Of a stretch of DNA of 64,000 nt, positions 8,699 through 17,172 are shown piece by piece. The DNA lies in the IMG/VR virus record IMGVR_UViG_2898133256_000001, positions 1 to 64,000 of that record; one strand, 5' to 3'. The stretch's first letter is position 1. Each line of letters begins with the position of its first letter. The stretch comes from a virus (taxonomy: Duplodnaviria; Caudoviricetes). A program made the position numbers and the translations under genes. The notes below the pieces were generated by a model, which saw nothing but the letters and a program-made list of their open reading frames with translations, made no database searches and had not been told where the DNA came from.

Positions 8699-9880
8699 AT
8701 GCCCGACTGCCCCACGCCCAGCGCCCAGGACAGCGTCCTCCCCCAGCCGGGGAGTGGCACCCGCGCGCGCGCCGTCGCCGGGCCCGCCACGGCCCAGGTG
8801 GAGGCCATCGCGGCCGACCTGGCCCGCGCCTACGAAGAGATGGAGGCGCTACGCGCGGAGCTGGAGTCCGAGCGCGAGGCGGCGCTGGAACTGGCGACCC
8901 GGGCGGCCCACGCTGAGGGCATCGCCGAGGGCTACCGGCAGGCCATGGCCCAGGTGCTGGAGTCCCGCGCCACGCTGTCCCCGGTGACTGTCCCCGCTTC
9001 GCCGCGTGTGGATGTCCACCAGCCTGTCCACCGCGATGTCCGCGCCACGGAGGTGGACATGTCCACCGAAGTCCACCAGCCCTCGGTGGACATGAAGGGG
9101 GGTAGGGGGGAAGCAACAGCGAAGCCGAAGGCTGAGCTGCAGAGAGCTAAGTGGCGAGACGACAAGAAGCGACAGAGAGCTGAGAAGAAGGCTGCTGCTG
9201 AAGGCGCGCGCGAGATGTCCACCTCGGACACGTCCACCTTGTCCACCTCGGATGTCCACCTCGGACATGTCCACCCGGTGGACACGATGGGGCCTGTCGC
9301 CGCCCCGGTGGCACCCGCCATCCGCCGGAAGCCGAAGTGGATGGAGGACGCCACCCCGAGTCCGGACAAGGCCTTCTTCGCGTGGTTCACCGACGAACGG
9401 CACCGGCGCTTCCCGGGCGCCGTTGTCGAACGCAGGGCCCCGGCCCGGTGGCCAGAGTGGCATGCGACGGCTCTCGCTGCGTGTGGCGGCGACGAGGAGA
9501 AGCTCCGCACGACGTGCCGGAGCTACCTGGACGACGCGTGGGCCCAGAGGCTCGAGCGGCCGTGCCCGGCATCGGTGCTCATCTCGGACAGGGTCTGGCC
9601 GAAGCACGTGCCCGGCCAGCACGACGGCGCGGTGCTCACCACCCCGGTGGCCCCTGCCGACGCCCGTCGCCGTGCCGACCTCAACGTGGGGCGCCAGGAG
9701 GCAGTCGGCGGCCCGTGCGCCACCGGGTGCGGACGGGAGGCTGTGTCGGAGATGTGGGGCCACCGGCTGTGCACGCCGTGCTGGCATGCCGCCGACGCGG
9801 GCGTGCACGAGCTCTCCGCGCCCGGCGTCGCTGCCTGGGTGGAATCCCGTCGCGCGCAGGCCCAGGGGGTGGCACCGTGA
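8699..9880 (+). CDS. Putative phage replication initiator (internal iteron region, C-terminal Zn-finger-like)
   Basis: Position upstream of RusA; internal DNA repeats as in lambda O-type initiators. Confidence 0.55.
   Translation: MPDCPTPSAQDSVLPQPGSGTRARAVAGPATAQVEAIAADLARAYEEMEALRAELESEREAALELATRAAHAEGIAEGYRQAMAQVLESRATLSPVTVPASPRVDVHQPVHRDVRATEVDMSTEVHQPSVDMKGGRGEATAKPKAELQRAKWRDDKKRQRAEKKAAAEGAREMSTSDTSTLSTSDVHLGHVHPVDTMGPVAAPVAPAIRRKPKWMEDATPSPDKAFFAWFTDERHRRFPGAVVERRAPARWPEWHATALAACGGDEEKLRTTCRSYLDDAWAQRLERPCPASVLISDRVWPKHVPGQHDGAVLTTPVAPADARRRADLNVGRQEAVGGPCATGCGREAVSEMWGHRLCTPCWHAADAGVHELSAPGVAAWVESRRAQAQGVAP
9014..9283. repeat. Iteron-like GTCCACC repeats, putative replication origin
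   Basis: GTCCACC at 9014, 9026, 9061, 9071, 9217, 9232, 9241, 9254, 9269; inverse at 9052, 9085, 9277; purine-skewed spacer. Confidence 0.7.
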
Positions 9881-10164
9881 CGCACCGGAAGCTCGACTCG
9901 CCGCGCGTGCACCTCCAGGCCGTGCTCGCCGTCATCGGTGCCGTGCAGTCCTCCCAGCGCGGACCGAGCGACGACGTCTCAGCGCTCATCGAACACGCCG
10001 AGCAATTCATGGACGGCCACCCGGATGTGGACTGGGCCAACCGCAAGAGGGCGGCGCCGAGCCGGGAGGCGCTGGTGAGGGCCCTGGCGCTGGTACCGCG
10101 AGCACTCCTCCGGGACCTCCAACCGACGTCGCTCATCCTCCTGGGCGTGGCAGGTGAGGCATGA
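9877..10164 (+). CDS. Hypothetical protein
   Basis: GTGA/ATGA overlaps at both ends. Confidence 0.5.
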   Translation: MTHRKLDSPRVHLQAVLAVIGAVQSSQRGPSDDVSALIEHAEQFMDGHPDVDWANRKRAAPSREALVRALALVPRALLRDLQPTSLILLGVAGEA

Positions 10165-10646
10165 CCTGCGCAACGAAGCTCATCCTCTTGGGCACCGGCG
10201 CCTCGGGACTGACGCTGGCGCACCTGCCGGAGCTGCGCCGCTACGTGGCCCAGTTCGCGCGGTGCCCTGGCGCGCGCCTCATGCACGGCGCCGGCAGCCC
10301 GCGGAGGGGCGACCCGCCCGGGGCCCACGGCGCGGACAAGCTCTGGGAGACGGCGTGCCACCTGGAGTGGCCGTGGTTCCGGGTCGAGGACGTCGACAGG
10401 TTCCCCGCGGACTGGGACCTCGGAAAGCGCGCCAGCCGCGTGCGCAACGAGCAGATGCACCGCGCCCTCCGCGGATACGCGCGCCGGGGCTGGGTGGTGC
10501 GCTGGGCTGCCGCCCACACGGACCCGGGCCTGGGCAAGGGGACGAAGGGGATGACCGCCCTGTGCCGGGACGAGGGCTGGAAGGGGCGCGTGCTGCTGAT
10601 GGACCCGTACACCGGGGCGCTGCGCCCCGAGGAGGCATCGCCGTGA
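10161..10646 (+). CDS. SLOG superfamily (DUF2493/YspA-like) protein
   Basis: MHGA...GAD, FPADW, RNEQM, GT.GM motifs. Confidence 0.7.
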   Translation: MTCATKLILLGTGASGLTLAHLPELRRYVAQFARCPGARLMHGAGSPRRGDPPGAHGADKLWETACHLEWPWFRVEDVDRFPADWDLGKRASRVRNEQMHRALRGYARRGWVVRWAAAHTDPGLGKGTKGMTALCRDEGWKGRVLLMDPYTGALRPEEASP

Positions 10647-11167
10647 ATTGCAACGAGATGAACGCAGTCGGGAAGACGTTATTGGCTGCGAGGAAGAAGG
10701 CACGGTTCAGCGTCCGCCAGTTGGGGAAACTCCTCTCCGTCTCTGGCTCCTACGTCTCGCTCGTCGAGACGGGGCGGACGTCGCCGCCGCGCGAGCGGTT
10801 GATTGAGTGGGCGCGGGCCCTTGGATTGGCCCCCGAGTCCATCCTCGGAGCGGTCGCCCAGCGCCGCGGCGAGTTCGTGCTGCCGGTGACTGGGCATGGG
10901 CGCCACGATGAGGTCGCGGCCATCCTGTCGGCCCGGTGGGCGGCGTTGCCGACGGATGTCATGGACCGCCTCGCGGACGTGGTTGGGGCGCTACCGGTTC
11001 CCCTTGTCCTGCCAGCCCTCGTTCCGCCACGTACCCGCCCCAGTGGCGCGCGGGAGGACTGTGACCTCTGCGGTGGACCGCTCCCGGAGTACAGCGGCTG
11101 GGGCAGGCCGCGCAGGCGACACAGGGGCAAGTGCCCGCAGATGCCACAGGCCGAGGCCGCGCCATGA
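10643..11167 (+). CDS. XRE-family HTH regulator with C-terminal Cys motif
   Basis: ARKKARFSVRQLGKLLSVSGSYVSLVETG; GGAGG RBS. Confidence 0.8.
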   Translation: MNCNEMNAVGKTLLAARKKARFSVRQLGKLLSVSGSYVSLVETGRTSPPRERLIEWARALGLAPESILGAVAQRRGEFVLPVTGHGRHDEVAAILSARWAALPTDVMDRLADVVGALPVPLVLPALVPPRTRPSGAREDCDLCGGPLPEYSGWGRPRRRHRGKCPQMPQAEAAP

Positions 11168-11376
11168 CGTGCCGCAAGCACCCCGACCAGGACAAGGCGC
11201 TGCGCCTGGCGACTGCGCGCATTGCAGAGCTGGAGGAATCGAAACGGAAGTTGGCCCACGCGCTGGACCGCTACGGCAGGCACGAGCGCGGGTGCCGCTT
11301 CTCGCGCAGCAACGCCCGGGAGGCCTGCACGTGCCTCCTACATCAGCGAATCGCAGAGGGAGGTCTCAAACCATGA
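11164..11376 (+). CDS. Hypothetical protein
   Basis: ATGA overlaps. Confidence 0.5.
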   Translation: MTCRKHPDQDKALRLATARIAELEESKRKLAHALDRYGRHERGCRFSRSNAREACTCLLHQRIAEGGLKP

Positions 11377-12368
11377 CGTGCGAGGACGTGAATCGAGTTG
11401 GGAGGCTCCTGCGGGAGGCTCGGCTCAAGAAGGGGCTCACCATGAGCAAGCTTGGAAATCTCGTGGGGATTGAACCCACGTACATGGGGCAAATTGAACT
11501 GGGCAAGAGGCCGCCGTTCTCGTCGCGGGAGAGGATGGTCGCATGGGTGCGTGCGCTCGGGATGTCGCCAGAGTCTGTTCTCCCGGCGCCGAAGACGCCG
11601 AAATGCCAATGCGGCAAGGCGTTCATTCCGCGCCGGCATACTCAAAAGTGGTGCAGTCCCCGATGTGGGGACGAGGCCGCGAACCGGAGGCGGACCGGCA
11701 TGCGCCCACGCGCAGACGCCGTGAGCGATGACCCAGGGTTCGAATACAGCTTGCCGCTGGACGGAGGGGCTGGCGAAATCGCTCGCGACGGCCGTATTGC
11801 AAAGGCGATTCGCCAAGGTGTCAGCATCGGCGCGCTGTGCGAGCGGTTCGGCTGCGAGAGGGGCACCATCCTCCGAGTGGCGAGGGAGCGCAGCCTAACT
11901 GTGGGCGTCGTGGCCCCAGAACCAAAGCAACATGTGCCCCCAGTCCATGGGCAGTCGCCGACGCTCCCCCGGTGCCCGACAGATGCGCCTGCCGCCTTTG
12001 CGCCCCTGCGGAGTCGCGGTGTGAAGTACGACCGGTCACTCGGGGATACGCTCCGCGACGCGCGCATGCGGGCTGGGTTGTCCCAACCGGAGGTGGCGCG
12101 CCACATCGGCGCGTCTGTCCAACGCGTCAGCGACGTCGAACGCGGCCACCGGGCGCGTCTCACCCATGCCCAATCCCTCCGGGCGGCGGCGCTCCTCGAC
12201 GTGAGCCCGGCCCTCATGCTCAGCCTGTGGGCTCGGCGGCGGGAGGACGTGCCGCTGTACCGGACGGGTGAGGAGCGCCGGGACTACGTCGCCGCGGCGC
12301 TCTCTGCGGTGTGGGACTCGCTGACTCAAGAGGCGGTGGAGAACATCGCGAAGGCGGTGGGGCTGTGA
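11373..12368 (+). CDS. Protein with two XRE HTH domains and a central Zn ribbon
   Basis: LREARLKKGLT..LG.LVGI...YMGQIELG; CQCGKAF..KWCSPRC; LRDARMRAGLSQPEVA..IG.SVQRVSDVERG. Confidence 0.75.
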   Translation: MTCEDVNRVGRLLREARLKKGLTMSKLGNLVGIEPTYMGQIELGKRPPFSSRERMVAWVRALGMSPESVLPAPKTPKCQCGKAFIPRRHTQKWCSPRCGDEAANRRRTGMRPRADAVSDDPGFEYSLPLDGGAGEIARDGRIAKAIRQGVSIGALCERFGCERGTILRVARERSLTVGVVAPEPKQHVPPVHGQSPTLPRCPTDAPAAFAPLRSRGVKYDRSLGDTLRDARMRAGLSQPEVARHIGASVQRVSDVERGHRARLTHAQSLRAAALLDVSPALMLSLWARRREDVPLYRTGEERRDYVAAALSAVWDSLTQEAVENIAKAVGL

Positions 12369-12910
12369 CGTGCGCGCAAGCTGAAGTGCGTCTGGTTCTG
12401 CCGTACCCGCCCAGTGCCAACACGTATTGGAGGGCCAGCAAGGGGCGCGGCATGGTGCCGTCGGACGAGGCCAAGGCGTACAAGGCCCAGGTCGCCCACG
12501 CTGCAGCGCTCGCCCGTACGCAACCGCTCGCTGGGCCTGTGCACCTCGTCCTCACGGTGTTCCGCCCGCGCCGAACGGGTGACCTCGACAACACCCTCAA
12601 GGTGCTGGGGGACAGCCTCAACGGCGTCGCGTGGCTGGACGATGACCAGGTCATCCGCATCGAGGCCTCGCGCGAGGACGACGCCAAGGCGCCGCGCGTC
12701 GAGTTGGTGGCGACCGGCCAGCGGCACGCCACCCCTGCGGAGGCAGCAGCCCACGCCGCCGCCCGCGCCGAACGCGCGCGGAAGGCCCGTGAGACGCGCA
12801 ACCGGAACCGGCTGGAGAAGAAGCGCGCTGCCGCAGCCCCACCCAAGAAGTTGGCCGACGTCAGGGCGCTGGCCACGCCTGCCACCTACCGCAAGGAGAA
12901 GACGCGATGA
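12365..12910 (+). CDS. rusA: RusA family Holliday junction resolvase
   Basis: LPYPPSANTYWR, DLDNTLKVLGDSL..VAWLDDDQV. Confidence 0.92.
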   Translation: MTCAQAEVRLVLPYPPSANTYWRASKGRGMVPSDEAKAYKAQVAHAAALARTQPLAGPVHLVLTVFRPRRTGDLDNTLKVLGDSLNGVAWLDDDQVIRIEASREDDAKAPRVELVATGQRHATPAEAAAHAAARAERARKARETRNRNRLEKKRAAAAPPKKLADVRALATPATYRKEKTR

Positions 12911-13098
12911 AGAAGCTGACGACGCTGAAACTGAAGCTGGCGAAGCTGAAGACGAAGCTGACGAAGCTGCGCCTGACGCGGGAGCTATTCGTTTGGACGA
13001 TGGCTGTGCTGCTCGTTCTGGGCGGACTCGCCCACGGGATGAGGGGGTGCAGGACGCTGGCGTCGGAGCAGACGCAGCCGGAGGGTGGTGTGCCGTGA
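12907..13098 (+). CDS. Small membrane protein
   Basis: AGGAG RBS; basic amphipathic N-terminus and one TM. Confidence 0.5.
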   Translation: MKKLTTLKLKLAKLKTKLTKLRLTRELFVWTMAVLLVLGGLAHGMRGCRTLASEQTQPEGGVP

Positions 13099-13475
13099 AG
13101 CTGACCACGACCGTGCTGGACGACCTGGAGGCCAAGGCGAAGGCGGCGACTCCGGGGCCGTGGGTGGCGGCCATAGAGCCCCAGCAGGCCCCCGGGGGAG
13201 ATGACGCGGACCTGCCGTCGTTCGTGCGCAGCGCGGACCGGAAGCTGGTGCGGCACATCCGCGAGCTTCGCGAGAGCCTCCTGGCGCTGACGCCCGGGCA
13301 CCTGCATGGCACGGAGTGGGACGGCAAGGGTGTGAATCCGATTCACACCGTTTCGGGCCCGTCCGTTCCGGAGGGGGTCTGTTCCGTCCAGTCCCCTGAG
13401 GCGAAGGGTCAGAACGGTTCTGACCCCCTGGAGGGCAAGCCGCCCTCGTACTTCTTCGGAGGGGATGCCCCATGA
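13095..13475 (+). CDS. Ea22/Ead-like hypothetical protein
   Basis: LEAKAKAATPGPW motif. Confidence 0.55.
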   Translation: MKLTTTVLDDLEAKAKAATPGPWVAAIEPQQAPGGDDADLPSFVRSADRKLVRHIRELRESLLALTPGHLHGTEWDGKGVNPIHTVSGPSVPEGVCSVQSPEAKGQNGSDPLEGKPPSYFFGGDAP

Positions 13476-13840
13476 AAGCGTGCGGACACCGGGATGCGCA
13501 GTACAAGTGCGACGGGTGCGTGGCGGCCGTCCGAGCTCGCTTCCCGCAGTTCCCCCTCATGATGGACCGCCGCTCGAAGCCGGGCCCGCTGAGCGTCCCG
13601 TGGGCCGTCGCCGAGCGCTCCTGGGCGGCCTATGCGCAGCAGTACGGTACCCAGCAGAGCGTCGAGCGGATGGCCGAGCGCGGTGGATTTTACTGGGGTG
13701 AGATGGACGCTCAGTGCCCTGAGTGGCGCGAGGCAACGGACGCGTGGGTCCTCCTCGCGAAAGAGAACGTGGACCTCAAAGCCGAGGTGGCGCGTCTCAC
13801 GCTCGAGCTTGAACAGGTGCGCGGAGGGGTCGCCCCATGA
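13472..13840 (+). CDS. Hypothetical phage protein
   Basis: SVPW.VAE...YG.QQS.ERMAERGGF; ATGA overlap. Confidence 0.6.
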   Translation: MKACGHRDAQYKCDGCVAAVRARFPQFPLMMDRRSKPGPLSVPWAVAERSWAAYAQQYGTQQSVERMAERGGFYWGEMDAQCPEWREATDAWVLLAKENVDLKAEVARLTLELEQVRGGVAP

Positions 13841-14055
13841 CGCTCCTGACGCCGCTGGAAGAGAAGAGGCGCCGCAGGTGGCTCCGTGCTCGGGGTGCGG
13901 CCCTGGGGCTGGCAGGTGGCGCGCTGTGGTGCGCGAGCGCCAGCTTCTGGATGGAGGGCGAACTGGGCCGCGCGCTGGTGCTCGACGTCGCAGGCCTCGT
14001 GCTGGTGGTGGCCGGGGACAGGGCCGCGGTGCGTGCCGAAGGGACGCTGTCATGA
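13837..14055 (+). CDS. Small membrane protein
   Basis: ATGA overlaps, hydrophobic. Confidence 0.45.
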   Translation: MTLLTPLEEKRRRRWLRARGAALGLAGGALWCASASFWMEGELGRALVLDVAGLVLVVAGDRAAVRAEGTLS

Positions 14056-14450
14056 CGTGCCCGGAGAGGAAGTGCTCCCGGCCCGGGTGCGAGAACCCGG
14101 CAGGCAGGAAGAGCAGGGGCGCCCCCAGCGACTGGTGCAGCGAGAAGTGCGGGCGGCTGTACGCCCGTGCCCGGAAGCAGGCATTGCGGAGGAGCCTCGC
14201 AACGGCCCCGCGCAACGGGCAGGACGAGGGCCCCGACGCGCCGCTCAACGGGTGGACGCTGGCCATGGCACGGGAGCGACGGGACGCCATCGCCGCCGAC
14301 ATGCTGAGGGAGGGCTGGCCAGCCGAGGCGGTCCTCGAGCGGTTCGCTGGCTTCGAGCCGACCATCTCCGACATCCGCCGGCGCTTCGGAATCCCAGCCG
14401 CCCCGCCCGGCTCTGGTGGCCACCTGCCCGCTGGGCCCCCGGTGAGGTAG
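14052..14450 (+). CDS. Zn-ribbon/HTH-like hypothetical protein
   Basis: CSRPGC...WCSEKC; ATGA overlap. Confidence 0.5.
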   Translation: MTCPERKCSRPGCENPAGRKSRGAPSDWCSEKCGRLYARARKQALRRSLATAPRNGQDEGPDAPLNGWTLAMARERRDAIAADMLREGWPAEAVLERFAGFEPTISDIRRRFGIPAAPPGSGGHLPAGPPVR

Positions 14451-14452
14451 TC

Positions 14453-14914
14453 ATGGCCGACTGCGCGCAGCCGAAGAAGGGGTGCATCGTCGACGGGTGC
14501 GTTCGGCCTGTCCGTGTGAAGGGGCTGTGTGACACCCACCGGAAGCGAAAGGCACGCGGGCGCCCACTCGACGCGCGACGCCACCGCTCGAAGGATGCGG
14601 ACGCGGAGACGGAAGGCTGGCCCGTCATCACCGCCCGGCTCGCCTCGCCAGAGATGCTCACCTTCTTCAATGGCCTCGCCGACGCCCGGGGAGGCTCACG
14701 CAACGACGTCCTGCGTGAGGCCCTCAGCGTGTTCGCGGCGAGCCAGGGCTACGTGCCACCGCCCGTCCCTGAGTGGGTGGCCGATGCCGTGGCGGAGCTC
14801 CGGGAGGCCCGGCGCAGGGTGGAAGAGTCCACGCGGCGCCTGTGGGAGATGTTCGAGCGCGCGCGGGGTGACTGGTATGCCGACGAATGTGTTCCGCCTG
14901 TCGGATATCTATGA
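14453..14914 (+). CDS. C3H Zn-finger plus ribbon-helix-helix-like protein
   Basis: CIVDGC..GLCDTH; ITARL...LADARGGSRNDVLREAL. Confidence 0.6.
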   Translation: MADCAQPKKGCIVDGCVRPVRVKGLCDTHRKRKARGRPLDARRHRSKDADAETEGWPVITARLASPEMLTFFNGLADARGGSRNDVLREALSVFAASQGYVPPPVPEWVADAVAELREARRRVEESTRRLWEMFERARGDWYADECVPPVGYL

Positions 14915-14959
14915 CCATATGTGGAAAATTGCGAGAATGGCGAGTCCGGCCCTATTGAT

Positions 14960-14988
14960 TTGACAGACGTGTTCTATCTGTATATATC
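14960..14988 (+). promoter_or_regulatory. Sigma70-like promoter with overlapping inverted repeat
   Basis: TTGACA-N17-TATATC in an AT-rich gap; ACAGA-N9-TCTGT overlaps it. Confidence 0.5.
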
Positions 14989-15035
14989 TCCCATCGACGC
15001 GCCACTGACGGCGGTCGACACACGGGGAGCACGCC

Positions 15036-15242
15036 ATGCAGACGACGAAGCAGATTGAAGTGGACGGGCAGGGGAAGCACATCAAGCACAACGGAGTGAA
15101 GTACCGCCCGTTCTCGCTGGCCACGGTTTTGAGCGAGGGGAAGGCATCGGTGAACTTCCCCCGCCCCAGCACCTCGGATGACAGCTACGCCACGGTGACC
15201 CAGGGGGAGCTGTCCGAGGCCTGGAAGCCCGCCGGAGTCTGA
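15036..15242 (+). CDS. Hypothetical 68-aa protein
   Basis: GGGGAG RBS, downstream of promoter, followed by GC hairpins. Confidence 0.6.
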   Translation: MQTTKQIEVDGQGKHIKHNGVKYRPFSLATVLSEGKASVNFPRPSTSDDSYATVTQGELSEAWKPAGV

Positions 15243-15353
15243 AGTACCGGGGCCGCCGCCAGCACGGGGTGGCCCCGCCCCTCTGGGGGCCGCCGGGCCA
15301 GGCACAGGCCCCCAGGACGCCCTGGGCTATGTTTGAGGGCGGGAGGAGGAAGG

Positions 15354-15650
15354 ATGACGGTTTGCATAGCGCGTGGGGATGGGTGGGTGTGCGAGAGGGA
15401 GGCCAAGACCAAGGGGTTTTGCTCGGGCCACTACCAACAGGTTTTCCGGAAGAAGCCGCTGGCACCACTCAAGGGGGAGCACGGCGCCCCAGCTGAGGAG
15501 TCGGTGCACAAGGCGGTGCGGTACCCGAAGTCCGACGCCGAAGCCATCGCGGCGCTGGCGAAGGCGAGGGACCTCGATGAGGCGGTGCTGTACCGGGAAG
15601 CCGTCGCGCAGTACTTGCGGCGGGAGAAGCCGGGACAGGACGGCGGGTAG
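15354..15650 (+). CDS. C3H Zn-finger plus ribbon-helix-helix-like regulator
   Basis: GGAGG RBS; C...CEREAKTKGFCSGHY; AVRYP..DAEAI.ALA......AVLYREAV.QYL. Confidence 0.65.
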   Translation: MTVCIARGDGWVCEREAKTKGFCSGHYQQVFRKKPLAPLKGEHGAPAEESVHKAVRYPKSDAEAIAALAKARDLDEAVLYREAVAQYLRREKPGQDGG

Positions 15651-15689
15651 TCATCCCACTTGTCTGCGGGACCATCGAAAGGAGGACGC

Positions 15690-16148
15690 ATGGTGAAGGT
15701 TCACGTGAAGCGAATCGGGACGCATGACCTGCCGCTGCCGGCATACGAGAATGACGGTGCCGCCGGCATGGACCTGCGGGTCTGCGTCCAGAGTCGGAAC
15801 CCGGCAGGCGGCGAGGGGTGGGACGGCATCCACGTCAAGGCGGGAGCTACCGTCCGGCTACATAGCGGCTTCGCCTTCTCCATCCCTTCAGGCCACGAGG
15901 GACAAGTCCGGCCGCGAGGAAGCTCCAATTTGCGAGGGCTGAACGTTCACCTCGAAACCATCAACAGCGGGTATGGCGGCGAAGTTTTTATGGTGGTGAC
16001 GGCGGGCAACTCCGACGTGCAGTTCCGGCACGGGGAGCGCATTGCCCTATTCGTCATTGCTCCCGTTGTGCGTGCAGAGCTTGTCGAGACGGATGACTTT
16101 CCGGATTCGGCGCCTGGGTCCGGCTGCATGCCCGCTGGTCCCCGGTGA
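15690..16148 (+). CDS. dut: dUTPase-like protein with degenerate catalytic motifs
   Basis: LPAY..DGAAGMDL intact; motifs 2-5 altered (RPRGSS, TINSGYGGE, IALF, no RG.GGFGSTG); AGGAGG RBS. Confidence 0.85.
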   Translation: MVKVHVKRIGTHDLPLPAYENDGAAGMDLRVCVQSRNPAGGEGWDGIHVKAGATVRLHSGFAFSIPSGHEGQVRPRGSSNLRGLNVHLETINSGYGGEVFMVVTAGNSDVQFRHGERIALFVIAPVVRAELVETDDFPDSAPGSGCMPAGPR

Positions 16149-16181
16149 GGTAGCCATGCGAATCCAGGAGAGGAGGGGAAA

Positions 16182-16535
16182 GTGACGGCGTGTGCCCAGG
16201 AGAGGTGCACAATCGGCGACTGCACCCGCACCGCCGCGCCAGGTCGGAGGCAGTGCCACGCGCATCAGAAGAGGGCGACGCGGGGCCAGTCCCTGTCCAC
16301 GCCCGTGGCGGAGACGTACGCCACGCCGTGGGAGAGGCTCGTCGCGGCCGCCCTGGCCTACGCGGACGCTGGCGACGACGAGGAGGAGTTCGCGAGGGCG
16401 AAGGACCGGCTCCGGAAGGCTGCCCAGTCCTATGCCCGTAGCCTGCTCCTTCAGCCTCCGGCACCCCTGGCCCCTCGGGCGCGGAAGGAGAGCGGGGCCG
16501 GGCAGCTCGAGCTGTGGCCCGAGTCCAAGGGCTAG
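16182..16535 (+). CDS. C3H Zn-finger hypothetical protein
   Basis: CTIGDC...QCHAH; GGAGG RBS. Confidence 0.55.
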   Translation: MTACAQERCTIGDCTRTAAPGRRQCHAHQKRATRGQSLSTPVAETYATPWERLVAAALAYADAGDDEEEFARAKDRLRKAAQSYARSLLLQPPAPLAPRARKESGAGQLELWPESKG

Positions 16536-16604
16536 CGCTGGCTTGCGAGGTATCCCCCGACGCTGAAAGCATACACCCCTGCTCATTCATCTGACGGGGG
16601 GACC

Positions 16605-16949
16605 ATGACCAGGTTGATGGTGTTGCTCGTGGCTGCGCTGACACTGCAGGGGTGCGACATGGAGACGAAGGCCGGAGACTCCTGCAAGGCCGAAGGCGTG
16701 GGGTCCAGAACGTGCGGCGACGGGGATGTTCTTCACTGTGTTCCCTCGTCGGCCGGTGGTTCGTGGGAACTCCTCGAGAACTGTCCCAGGGGCTCCGACT
16801 GCGACCTCGACTCCTTCGCCTGCGAGTCCACCTCGGGCGGCGGTGGAGGCACGTGCTGCAAGCGCTGCGGGACCACGAGCAAGCCCTGTGGTGACTCCTG
16901 CATCCCGAAGGCGAACACGTGCCACCAGGGGCCGGGGTGCGCGTGTTGA
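16605..16949 (+). CDS. Cys-rich lipoprotein
   Basis: Signal peptide with LQGC lipobox; CCKRC..SKPCGDSCI....CH..PGCAC module. Confidence 0.75.
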   Translation: MTRLMVLLVAALTLQGCDMETKAGDSCKAEGVGSRTCGDGDVLHCVPSSAGGSWELLENCPRGSDCDLDSFACESTSGGGGGTCCKRCGTTSKPCGDSCIPKANTCHQGPGCAC

Positions 16950-17128
16950 ACGAGCTCAAGGATTGGGTGCGCCGAATGCAGTACGTCTATTGGCGCGAGG
17001 AACTGGAGCGACGGAAGGATCTGCGGCTTGCTACGGCGGACGGAAGCCCGGCATGGATTGCCGCAGATAAGCTGGTTGATGAGGCCGAGATGCGCGTGAC
17101 GAGGCTCATGAGAGAGCTCAACCTCTAG
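16943..17128 (+). CDS. Hypothetical protein
   Basis: Short helical ORF overlapping upstream stop; start uncertain. Confidence 0.4.
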   Translation: MLNELKDWVRRMQYVYWREELERRKDLRLATADGSPAWIAADKLVDEAEMRVTRLMRELNL

Positions 17129-17136
17129 TCCGCTGA

Positions 17137-17165
17137 CGGACGCCGTCCACGAGCGCCCCGACGCT
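17137..17165 (+). promoter_or_regulatory. Phage late-promoter-like motif, copy 1 (before sigma gene)
   Basis: CGGACGCCGTCC-N10-CGACGCT, 7 nt before ATG, no SD. Confidence 0.6.
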
Positions 17166-17172
17166 GGTCTGC

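Noticed and set aside
9014-9283. Repeats as a CRISPR array
   Set aside because: 7-bp units, irregular spacing, both orientations, inside an ORF, no cas genes
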